Shown here: positions 29,065 to 36,994 of the stretch, one piece after another
How positions within the stretch are numbered: the first letter of the stretch is position 1
How the letters are laid out: each line of letters opens with the position of its first letter
Assembly: GCA_964517955.1 (NCBI GenBank)
Contig: CAZFFA010000001.1
Location: 1 to 36,994 of the forward strand
Reading direction: 5' to 3'
Origin: an uncultured Jutongia sp.
GTDB taxonomy: Bacteria; Bacillota; Clostridia; Lachnospirales; Lachnospiraceae
Length of the DNA stretch: 36,994 nucleotides
Notes under the pieces: model-generated
The model's input: the letters and a program-made list of their open reading frames with translations, nothing else
Told to the model about the DNA's origin: nothing
The model's database searches: none
Made by a program: the position numbers and the translations under genes

Positions 29065-29833
29065 TGGGGATGTCCTCTATTCTGGTAACAGTAAAAAAAG
29101 ATTATATACATTTATGAGAAAAGTTCCCCTAATCCTAAAAAAATTCACATATAGAGGACATTCCCATTGGCTTTTGGGTTCAATAACTGTAGAAGCTTCG
29201 TTATGTGTTCCGGTTTTCTTTCTCGTAACAATGGCATTGTTTTATGTATTCAAGACAATGCTTGGGATCAATACAGTGCAATATCAGATGTCAGAGGCTG
29301 TAAGAAACTATGCATCATATCATACAAAGATAGGAAGTGTTGAGATGTTGGCAGCCGATGCCAAAATATTAGTCTGGGATGATGAAAAAAAGCTGTGTCA
29401 TGTTGAGTATAAGGAAAAAGTTCCGGTTATAGGTTCTAAATTATTTTCGATTAGACTATACCAACAGCTAAGGTTTAGTGACTATAGCGGAAGGAGTATG
29501 ATTACACCCGGACAAAATACGGATATGGATGTATATGTGTATGTTGCAGAAAATGGCAGGGTTTATCATAGGAATTATAACTGCTCATATCTTAAACCGT
29601 CTGTCTCAGGCTGTCCTGTTTCCGGGATAGATACAAAGCGTAACAATTCGGGTGCAAAGTATTATCCATGTGAGTCATGTTGTAAGCTGGGTATATCAGG
29701 GGGCGTTGTATATATTACATCTTATGGCAATAGATATCATACTGATAAAAGCTGCTCCGGAATAAAAAGAAATCCATCAAAAGTAAAACTGTCAGGGGTT
29801 GGAACAATGCCACCGTGTAGTAAATGCGGGTGA
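29048..29833 (+). CDS. TadE-like minor pilin with Cys/His-rich C-terminal domain (start may be 29114)
   Basis: G|SITVEASL pilin motif; two YH-x4-C...CxxC modules at the C-terminus. Confidence 0.78.
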   Translation: MNIKANGDVLYSGNSKKRLYTFMRKVPLILKKFTYRGHSHWLLGSITVEASLCVPVFFLVTMALFYVFKTMLGINTVQYQMSEAVRNYASYHTKIGSVEMLAADAKILVWDDEKKLCHVEYKEKVPVIGSKLFSIRLYQQLRFSDYSGRSMITPGQNTDMDVYVYVAENGRVYHRNYNCSYLKPSVSGCPVSGIDTKRNNSGAKYYPCESCCKLGISGGVVYITSYGNRYHTDKSCSGIKRNPSKVKLSGVGTMPPCSKCG

Positions 29834-29837
29834 TACA

Positions 29838-30320
29838 ATGGAGGAAATGAAAATGTGTACAAGGGATATTATAAAAATAGTTATATATATAATGATAGGA
29901 ATAAGTTTATTGATTAGTGCAATAACAGATATAAAATATAGAAAAATTTATATTAGTGTTGTGTTAAGTGCAAGTATAACCGCTGTTGTGTTAAATATAT
30001 TTGCAGGAAATATGGATATTTATGAGATGCTGGGTATAGCTGCAACCGGTCTGATATTCTTTGGAATATCATTTGTAAGCGGTGGTCAGTTAGGTGCTGG
30101 TGATGCATGTATTTATATCATGACAGGGATTGGTCTTGGCATAGTAGGAAATATATACCTGATCTTTATAAGCTTTATTGCAGCAGGATTATATGCATCG
30201 TATCTGGTTTTATTTAAAAGAAAGAAGCGCGATTATAAAATACCGCTTGTTCCATATATTATGGTTGGATATATTGTATATTTTGTTGATAAGGCAGGTG
30301 GTTTGTCAGGTGTCTTATAA
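29838..30320 (+). CDS. Second A24 family prepilin peptidase
   Basis: Motifs TDIKYRKI, QLGAGDA and KIPLVPYI. Confidence 0.8.
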   Translation: MEEMKMCTRDIIKIVIYIMIGISLLISAITDIKYRKIYISVVLSASITAVVLNIFAGNMDIYEMLGIAATGLIFFGISFVSGGQLGAGDACIYIMTGIGLGIVGNIYLIFISFIAAGLYASYLVLFKRKKRDYKIPLVPYIMVGYIVYFVDKAGGLSGVL

Positions 30321-30735
30321 AAATAAGCATGTTGTATTGTCTGGCAGTTACACAGTTGAAGCAGCATTTGTCGTGCCTATTATATTTGGAATAGTTTTTT
30401 CGATGATTTTCCTGCTTTTTGTACTTCATGATAAGGTTGTACTATATGCCAATATAAAAGAGGGAGTAGTGTCAGTGGCTGAAAACAGAGTCGAATATAA
30501 GTCTGATAAGGAATGGAAGCAAGCGGTACAAAAAGGTATGTGGATGCTGAATGTAGATAAAGGAAATGTTACAGATAAGGGAATATTTGTAAGAGGTGAA
30601 GTGTCTGCTGCTAAGAAAATTAATCTTCCGCTTATCAGCCGCTACATAAGTACAGAACAAAGAACGTCATACAATTTAAAATATATGAAGGTACGTCCGG
30701 AAACAATGGTACGGACAAGGGAAATTCTTCAATAA
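30310..30735 (+). CDS. TadE-like minor pilin
   Basis: G|SYTVEAAFVVP followed by a TM helix and LHDK. Probable GTG start at 30310. Confidence 0.78.
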   Translation: MSYKNKHVVLSGSYTVEAAFVVPIIFGIVFSMIFLLFVLHDKVVLYANIKEGVVSVAENRVEYKSDKEWKQAVQKGMWMLNVDKGNVTDKGIFVRGEVSAAKKINLPLISRYISTEQRTSYNLKYMKVRPETMVRTREILQ

Positions 30736-30799
30736 GTAGTAGTGTGAAAAATCCATATACGAAAGATTTTTCACACACGAGATTTGTGTCTGCGCGCAC

Positions 30800-31906
30800 T
30801 TGACACAAACTCGTTATGCGCAAAAAACGTGCGCAGAAATAAGGATTAGTGTGTCAAAATGGTGTATTGCATTATTAAATGGGAATTTTGATACTAGTTG
30901 GGAGGTGTTTGGTATTTGTGAAAGAATAGACATCAAAGACAGCCGTTTGTCATATTTTGTATTGTCAGAAGACATTCATGAGAATGAAACTATTGCTGAA
31001 AAAATGCTTTTAAACAATAATATTGATGAATTGATAAGTGTGGAGCTTAGGTTTGAAGACAATAAAAAATGTTTTTATTATGATACGCTTGGAATGAAAT
31101 CAGTAAGTGATTATATCAATAAAGAAATGCTGGATTTTACATTCTTATATAAGATATATGACGGGATAATGAAGTCCATTATAAAAGGTGAGGCATATTT
31201 TATACGGGAAGAAAATTACATGGTACGGCCTGAATATATATATTGGCTTAAAAAAGAGGAAAGAATAAAAGTATGCTGTATTCCATGGGGACAGTGTGAT
31301 TTTCAAAAAGATGTTTTGGAGTTGACAGAATTATTCCTGAAAAAGACTGACCATAAAGATGATAAGGCTGTGAAGTTTATATATGGTATGTATGATATTA
31401 TTATGAATGATGGCTTTGTATATGACAGTATAAAATTGTATATGGATGAATTTGCCGATGACGAGGAATCTATATATGAAAAAGAAGATTCTGTTATTCA
31501 AAAGGAAAGCTACAATAATAAGAACAACATTTCTTATAATGCATATGGACTGATCGCGTGTGATGAGAGTAAGCTTGACAGGAAGCTTGAAATAAGAACA
31601 ATTCCGGATGAAATATGGCTTGATGTAAATAATGAATTTGATTTAGAGGGCTGTGATTCCAAAGAATATACTGTTGGAAGATCAAAAAAGAATGATATAG
31701 TCATTCCATGTATACATGTAAGTCGAAATCATGCCACGATACATGCAGAGAATGGAATTGTGGTAACTGATATCGGCTCTTCCAATGGTACTTATGTCAA
31801 TGGTAAAAAGATATCCACAAATGTAACAGTAAACTGCAGGGAAAATGATGTTGTCACATTTGCAGATATCAGATACAAGGTAGTAAAAAAGAAGAACTGC
31901 GTCTGA
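30800..31906 (+). CDS. DUF6382-like plus FHA domain protein (true start probably downstream, 30851-30914)
   Basis: FHA motifs VGRS, VSRNHA and DIGSSNGTYVNG; N-terminal MLLNNNI...YYD pattern typical of Tad-associated proteins. Confidence 0.82.
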   Translation: MTQTRYAQKTCAEIRISVSKWCIALLNGNFDTSWEVFGICERIDIKDSRLSYFVLSEDIHENETIAEKMLLNNNIDELISVELRFEDNKKCFYYDTLGMKSVSDYINKEMLDFTFLYKIYDGIMKSIIKGEAYFIREENYMVRPEYIYWLKKEERIKVCCIPWGQCDFQKDVLELTELFLKKTDHKDDKAVKFIYGMYDIIMNDGFVYDSIKLYMDEFADDEESIYEKEDSVIQKESYNNKNNISYNAYGLIACDESKLDRKLEIRTIPDEIWLDVNNEFDLEGCDSKEYTVGRSKKNDIVIPCIHVSRNHATIHAENGIVVTDIGSSNGTYVNGKKISTNVTVNCRENDVVTFADIRYKVVKKKNCV

Positions 31907-31978
31907 ACTGTCTGTGTAAGATGTCTGATTTATTGTAATAAATGACAATGGTTCTGTATTCCGGAGATGATTGGAACT

Positions 31979-32416
31979 TTATTTGAATATAACGGAGTTA
32001 CTTATATATTCAGTTTTAACAACAATGTAAGGATATGTAGCTTTTTTTGTGACTTTGTTCTCATCTTCAGGACCGGTAATATCAGTATCGAATACAATAT
32101 TTTTATCTGATTGATAGAGATCTGCAACTTTTATATTGTATCCTGAAGTATCATGTCTGCCATATCCTTTGACAATATACAGATAAGAGCCGTCACTGTA
32201 GCTTAGTTCAAAACTATTCTTTTTTCTATCTTTTATAAGTTTTTTGAGTTCATGTGGAATATCGGCACCCGATACAACGGTATAATCGATATCACCTGTT
32301 TTGGGATATTCTTCTTTTGAACTGCATGAAGTAATAAAAACAGATGACAATATAATAAAAGCAACAGAAATAGTGACCCTTATTCGGCTATAACGAGTAT
32401 TTTTTCGACCTAACAT
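31979..32416 (-). CDS. PrcB C-terminal domain lipoprotein
   Basis: Lipobox ITSC; YIVKGYG...SGYNI and TYPYIVVKTE motifs. Confidence 0.75.
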   Translation of the reverse strand: MLGRKNTRYSRIRVTISVAFIILSSVFITSCSSKEEYPKTGDIDYTVVSGADIPHELKKLIKDRKKNSFELSYSDGSYLYIVKGYGRHDTSGYNIKVADLYQSDKNIVFDTDITGPEDENKVTKKATYPYIVVKTEYISNSVIFK

Positions 32417-32582
32417 TTTATGTTCCTTTTTTATAATATTAGTAAATATGTATTAATTTTGAAAAAAAATATGCATACATATTAAGGAATACAGAAAAAA
32501 ATTACGACTTTTTAAGCATAATGTACAGTTATTGCAATGATAAATATAAGATAAAAATATAAATTACATATATAGTGTTTCG

Positions 32583-32611
32583 TTGATTTTTGAAAAGCTG
32601 TAGTATATAAT
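32583..32611 (+). promoter_or_regulatory. sigmaA-type promoter of glgP
   Basis: TTGATT-N17-TATAAT. Confidence 0.65.
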
Positions 32612-32663
32612 ATTATCATCTAGTTAATTTATGCAGAAATATGTTTAGGAGGAACATTTAAAG

Positions 32664-35126
32664 ATGAAGGAATTGAATAAGGAAGAATTCAAAAAGGAAG
32701 TTGAAGACTACTTAAAAGTACTTTTCCGCAAATCAATAAATGAAGCGGATGATCAGCAGAAATTCCAGGCAGTATCATATGCTGTAAAGGATTTTATAGT
32801 TGATCAGTGGATGGCTACACATAGAACATATGAGGAGCAGGACGTAAAGACAGTATATTATCTGTCAATGGAGTTCCTTATGGGTCGTGCACTTGGTAAC
32901 ATAATTATAAATTTAAAGGGTAACAAGGCAATTAAAGAAGCAATTGAAGAATTAGGAATGAATCTCGATGTTATAGAAGATCAGGAACCGGACGCTGCTC
33001 TTGGTAATGGTGGCCTTGGTCGTCTTGCAGCATGTTTCCTTGATTCATTATCAACTTTGGGATATCCTGCATATGGATGCGGTATTCGTTATAAATACGG
33101 TATGTTTAAGCAGGTTATTGAGAATGGTTATCAGGTTGAAAAACCAGATAACTGGCTTAAATACGGCAATCCATTTGAAATTAAGCGTCCTGAATATGCC
33201 GTAGAAGTAAAATTTGGTGGATATGTAACTATACGTAAAGATGAGTATGGCAGAGATAAATTTGTTCAGGAAAATTATCAGTCAGTTCTTGCCGTACCAT
33301 ATGACCTTCCTGTAGTTGGTTACAATAATAATGTAGTCAATACACTTCGTATCTGGGATGCAGAAGCAATTGATACATTCAATCTGGATTCATTTGATAA
33401 AGGTGATTATCAGAAAGCTGTTGAGCAGCAGAATCTTGCACGTACAATTTGTGAAGTGCTTTATCCAAATGATAATCATATGGCAGGTAAAGAGCTCCGT
33501 CTTAAACAGCAGTATTTCTTCGTATCAGCAACTGTACAGCGTGCTATTCTTAAGTTTATGGAAAATCATGATGATATTCATAAGCTTCCGGAGAAGGTGA
33601 CATTCCAGCTTAATGATACGCATCCAACAGTTACAGTAGCAGAGCTTATGCGTATTCTTATGGATGACTATAATCTTTCATGGGATGAGGCATGGGATAT
33701 CACAACTAAGACTTGTGCATATACTAACCATACAATTATGTCAGAAGCCCTTGAAAAATGGCCTCTTGAACTTTATTCAAGACTTCTTCCAAGAATTTAT
33801 CAGATTACAGAGGAAATCAATAGAAGATTTGTTCTTCAGATTCAGGCTGCATATCCTGGTGACAATAGTAAAGTTGAAAAGATGGCAATAATATATGATG
33901 GTCAGGTTAAAATGGCTCATCTTGCTATAGCAGCAGGATATTCTGTAAATGGTGTTGCAAGACTTCATACAGAGATATTAAAGCATCAGGAATTAAAGGA
34001 TTTCTATGAGATGATGCCTGAGAAATTTAATAATAAGACAAATGGTATTACACAGCGTAGATTCCTTCTTCATGGTAATCCACTTCTTGCAGACTGGGTA
34101 ACTAAGAAGATAGGTGATGACTGGATCACAAATCTTGCACACATCAATGAACTTACACCATATGTAGATGATGAACTCAGCCAGAAGGAATTTATGAATA
34201 TTAAATACCAGAACAAAGTTCGTCTTGCAAAATATATCAAAGAACATAATGGCATCGAAGTAGATCCTCGTTCTATATTTGACGTACAGGTTAAGCGTCT
34301 TCATGAGTACAAGAGACAGCTTTTAAATATTCTTCATGTTATGTACCTTTATAATCAGTTAAAGAAGAATCCTGGTATGGACTTCTACCCAAGAACATTT
34401 ATATTCGGTGCAAAGGCTTCAGCAGGATATATGAGAGCTAAATCTATTATCAAGCTTATCAATAGTGTTGGTGATGTTATCAACAACGACAAGTCCATTG
34501 ATGGCAAGATTAAGGTAGTGTTTATTGAAAATTATCGTGTATCAAATGCTGAGATAATATTTGCGGCAGCAGATGTATCAGAGCAGATTTCTACAGCAAG
34601 TAAGGAAGCATCAGGTACAGGTAACATGAAATTTATGCTTAATGGTGCACTTACTCTCGGAACTATGGATGGTGCCAATGTCGAAATTGTTGAAGAAGTT
34701 GGCGAAGAGAATGCATTTATATTCGGTTTATCATCTGATGAAGTAATTGCATATGAGCATAACGGACAGTACAATCCAAGAGATATCTACAATTCAGATT
34801 CAGATATCCGTGCCGTACTTACACAGCTTGTTGATGGTACTTATGCACCAGGCAATTATGATGAATTCCGTGATATCTACAATTCACTCCTTGATGGTCA
34901 GGGTGGTCGTCCTGATATGTACTTCATTCTTAAGGACTTCCGTTCTTATGCAGAGGCTCAGAAGAGAGTTGAAGAAGCATATCGTGATACAAAGGGCTGG
35001 GCTCGTTCAGCTATGTTGAATGTAGCAAAGAGTGGTAAATTCTCATCTGACAGAACTATCGAAGAGTATGCTCAGGAAATCTGGAAACTTAAAAAAGTTA
35101 AAGTTGAAGTTCTTGATGAGGACTAA
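32664..35126 (+). CDS. glgP: Glycogen/alpha-glucan phosphorylase
   Basis: Motifs GNGGLGRLAAC, QLNDTHP and VKRLHEYKRQ, and the PLP site EASGTGNMKF. Confidence 0.97.
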   Translation: MKELNKEEFKKEVEDYLKVLFRKSINEADDQQKFQAVSYAVKDFIVDQWMATHRTYEEQDVKTVYYLSMEFLMGRALGNIIINLKGNKAIKEAIEELGMNLDVIEDQEPDAALGNGGLGRLAACFLDSLSTLGYPAYGCGIRYKYGMFKQVIENGYQVEKPDNWLKYGNPFEIKRPEYAVEVKFGGYVTIRKDEYGRDKFVQENYQSVLAVPYDLPVVGYNNNVVNTLRIWDAEAIDTFNLDSFDKGDYQKAVEQQNLARTICEVLYPNDNHMAGKELRLKQQYFFVSATVQRAILKFMENHDDIHKLPEKVTFQLNDTHPTVTVAELMRILMDDYNLSWDEAWDITTKTCAYTNHTIMSEALEKWPLELYSRLLPRIYQITEEINRRFVLQIQAAYPGDNSKVEKMAIIYDGQVKMAHLAIAAGYSVNGVARLHTEILKHQELKDFYEMMPEKFNNKTNGITQRRFLLHGNPLLADWVTKKIGDDWITNLAHINELTPYVDDELSQKEFMNIKYQNKVRLAKYIKEHNGIEVDPRSIFDVQVKRLHEYKRQLLNILHVMYLYNQLKKNPGMDFYPRTFIFGAKASAGYMRAKSIIKLINSVGDVINNDKSIDGKIKVVFIENYRVSNAEIIFAAADVSEQISTASKEASGTGNMKFMLNGALTLGTMDGANVEIVEEVGEENAFIFGLSSDEVIAYEHNGQYNPRDIYNSDSDIRAVLTQLVDGTYAPGNYDEFRDIYNSLLDGQGGRPDMYFILKDFRSYAEAQKRVEEAYRDTKGWARSAMLNVAKSGKFSSDRTIEEYAQEIWKLKKVKVEVLDED

Positions 35127-35196
35127 TTAGAAAATTTAATGTCTACATGTAGTGGCGGCATTTGCTGTCAACTGATTTAGAGCATGTAATATAATT

Positions 35197-35236
35197 AACA
35201 CCGGATATTGGTTATATAGCTGATATCCGGTGTTTT
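35197..35236 (+). terminator. Intrinsic terminator after glgP
   Basis: AACACCGGATAT...ATATCCGGTGTT stem ending in a T run. Confidence 0.7.
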
Positions 35237-35280
35237 AATATAGGGCAATACAAAGCAGAAGTGTCATCTGAGTTGTAATC

Positions 35281-35309
35281 TTGATGATTTTTTTCGGTTG
35301 GGTTATAAT
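35281..35309 (+). promoter_or_regulatory. sigmaA-type promoter of sppA
   Basis: TTGATG-N17-TATAAT. Confidence 0.6.
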
Positions 35310-35372
35310 TCTAGTATCCCATTTCGTAGGAAAGTTTCCTAAACTAAAGGGTTATAAGAATGGAGGATTTAA

Positions 35373-36389
35373 ATGAAAACAAAGCAAATCGTTGGCATAG
35401 TTGTTACAGGAGCTGTAATAATTGCCGTAGGAGTAACAGGAGCAGTATCCAATGTGATAAGCAGTAGACTTGCTGCAAATCAGGCAGAAAATGCAAAAAG
35501 CGTGTTTAGTCAGGTACTTAGTAGTGAACTGGATTCAAACATAGAACTTCCGGATGAAGATTTTATAGGTGTTATAAATGTAGAGGGTGAAATTGGGGCA
35601 ACATCATCTTCAAGCTTTTCATCTTCAAGTGGATATAACCATGATCTTTATATGGATTATGTTGATAAAATGGAAAAATCTGACAAAAACAAAGGTATTC
35701 TTTTGTATGTTGACAGCCCGGGCGGAGCTGTTTACCAGACTGATGAAATGTATCTTAAACTTATGGAATATAAGAAAAAAACCGGCAGACCTGTGTGGGC
35801 ATATTTTGCAAGCCAGGCTTGTTCCGGTGGTTATTATATGTCTATGGCAGCAGATAAGATATATGCCAATCGTAATTGCTGGACCGGTTCGATAGGTGTA
35901 ATTGTATCACTTATGAACTGTAAGGAGCTTTATGACAAGATTGGTCTGAAAGAGATAGATATAACAAGCGGAGCCAATAAATCAATGGGTGCGTCAGGAC
36001 TTGATCTTACAGATGAACAGCGTGATATACTTCAGTCGCTTGTTGATGAGGCATATGACCAGTTTGTTGGTATAGTAAGTGATGGAAGAAAAATGGATGA
36101 AAAAACTGTAAGAAAGCTTGCAGATGGAAGAATTTATTCAGCAAAACAGGCAAAAGATAACGGTCTTATAGATCAGATCGGCTCTCTAGAAGAGGAAAAA
36201 GACGCATTTGCATCTGAAGCCGGATTTTCAAAAGATATTACTTATTATACACCGGACAATTCGATTTCTGATTTTATGAAAGGACTGTTTAGTGCTGCAG
36301 AGAAATTAACACCAAAATCAGACACAGAACTTGCAAAAGATATTGTTGAGAATAAAGGAAACGGGGTGTTAATGTATTATGCAAAATAA
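35373..36389 (+). CDS. sppA: Signal peptide peptidase SppA (S49)
   Basis: Motifs VDSPGG, ACSGGYY, TGSIGV and ADGRIYSAKQA...GLIDQIG. Confidence 0.93.
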   Translation: MKTKQIVGIVVTGAVIIAVGVTGAVSNVISSRLAANQAENAKSVFSQVLSSELDSNIELPDEDFIGVINVEGEIGATSSSSFSSSSGYNHDLYMDYVDKMEKSDKNKGILLYVDSPGGAVYQTDEMYLKLMEYKKKTGRPVWAYFASQACSGGYYMSMAADKIYANRNCWTGSIGVIVSLMNCKELYDKIGLKEIDITSGANKSMGASGLDLTDEQRDILQSLVDEAYDQFVGIVSDGRKMDEKTVRKLADGRIYSAKQAKDNGLIDQIGSLEEEKDAFASEAGFSKDITYYTPDNSISDFMKGLFSAAEKLTPKSDTELAKDIVENKGNGVLMYYAK

Positions 36390-36994
36390 AGCAGACAATA
36401 AGATATATGCAGGATTTTTTGTTCGTCTTGCGGCATATCTGGTGGATTTGCTTATAGTAGGGACAGCACTGCTGGTGATAAAAATCCCTATCTGGATATC
36501 TGCATTTGCATCACCAGACAATATAGTTGTAAGGGACATTATTTTCAGTTATTCAATCAAGGATATAGTTTTGTATTTGCTAAAAGTGGCATACTTTGTA
36601 ATATTAACTTATTATACCGGTTCGACACTTGGCAAAAAGCTTTTTCACATAAAAGTTGTAAGTACAGAAGATCGTAAGCTGACATTATTCGAGGTTGTAT
36701 TCAGGGAGTCAGTAGGAAGATTTCTTGCATCTGTAATTATTTATATTGGTTATATCATGGCTGGAATTGACAAAGAAAAGCGTGGACTTCATGATATGCT
36801 TAGCGACACTAATGTAATTTATTATCATGAAAAAAAGGTATATGTGCAGCCAAATGTACATTATCAGACTATAAAATATGGTCAGCCTATGCCACAGGAA
36901 CCACCAATGCAGCCAATGAATGACCAACAGATGCCACATAGTCCATCAATGCAGCCAATGGATTGTCAGCAGATGCCACAGGAACCACCAATGC
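36379..36994 (+). CDS. RDD family membrane protein with Pro/Gln/Met-rich tail (runs off window edge)
   Basis: Not in the ORF track because it has no stop in the window. Reads MQNKADNKIYAGFFVRLAAYLVD...GSTLGKKLFHIKVV...KRGLHDMLSDTNV. Confidence 0.88.
   Translation, partial: MQNKADNKIYAGFFVRLAAYLVDLLIVGTALLVIKIPIWISAFASPDNIVVRDIIFSYSIKDIVLYLLKVAYFVILTYYTGSTLGKKLFHIKVVSTEDRKLTLFEVVFRESVGRFLASVIIYIGYIMAGIDKEKRGLHDMLSDTNVIYYHEKKVYVQPNVHYQTIKYGQPMPQEPPMQPMNDQQMPHSPSMQPMDCQQMPQEPPM
36889..36994 (+). repeat. 42-bp coding tandem repeat (MPQEPPMQPMNDQQ-like)
   Basis: Units start at 36889, 36931 and 36973. Confidence 0.85.

Noticed and set aside
22299-31906. Tad locus as a conjugative or mobile element
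   Set aside because: No relaxase, VirB4/VirD4, integrase or boundary repeats are present, and the gene order fits a chromosomal Gram-positive Tad/Flp cluster.
25327-36480. Partial GCTGGTG matches (near 25327, 30096 and 36471) as further att-like sites
   Set aside because: These 7-bp matches lie inside intact ORFs, lack the CGGGG core and a partner arm, and are expected by chance.
35-36939. Many short ORF-track entries antisense to or nested in long genes (e.g. 11923-12612, 19596-20012, 24411-24854, 36709-36939)
   Set aside because: They are shadow ORFs of well-supported genes, with no recognisable motifs.

Overview
AT-rich chromosomal window from a spore-forming Clostridia-class bacterium (gene content suggests Lachnospiraceae; inferred). 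In order: cotJABC coat operon, a DUF885 protein, a DUF4358/DHHW/MBOAT/DHHW O-acylation cluster, a D,D-carboxypeptidase, tRNA-Arg(CCT), a stand-alone clpX, a split Csp-type S8 protease, yaaL/bofA, a Gram-positive Tad/Flp pilus locus, a PrcB-like protein, glgP, sppA and a partial RDD gene. The main finding is the Csp-like subtilisin gene, which is cut inside its catalytic-Asp motif (IDTG|IDYTHP) by an 8,476-bp intervening segment (11604-20079). The segment is bounded by a CGGGG direct repeat and GCTGGTGT/ACACCAGC inverted repeats. Precise removal restores an in-frame 583-aa protease behind a sigmaK-consensus promoter. The segment carries only MoxR/DUF58/transglutaminase and YfhO/GT2 genes, with no recognisable recombinase or transposase. 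This points to a skin-like, trans-activated developmental DNA excision, which remains an inference. Secondary findings are a 25-bp mRNA helix at a Tad gene junction, a missing in-frame start for cpaF, MITE/REP-like palindromic repeats and a Cys/His-rich TadE tail. Family assignments come from motif recognition, not database searches.
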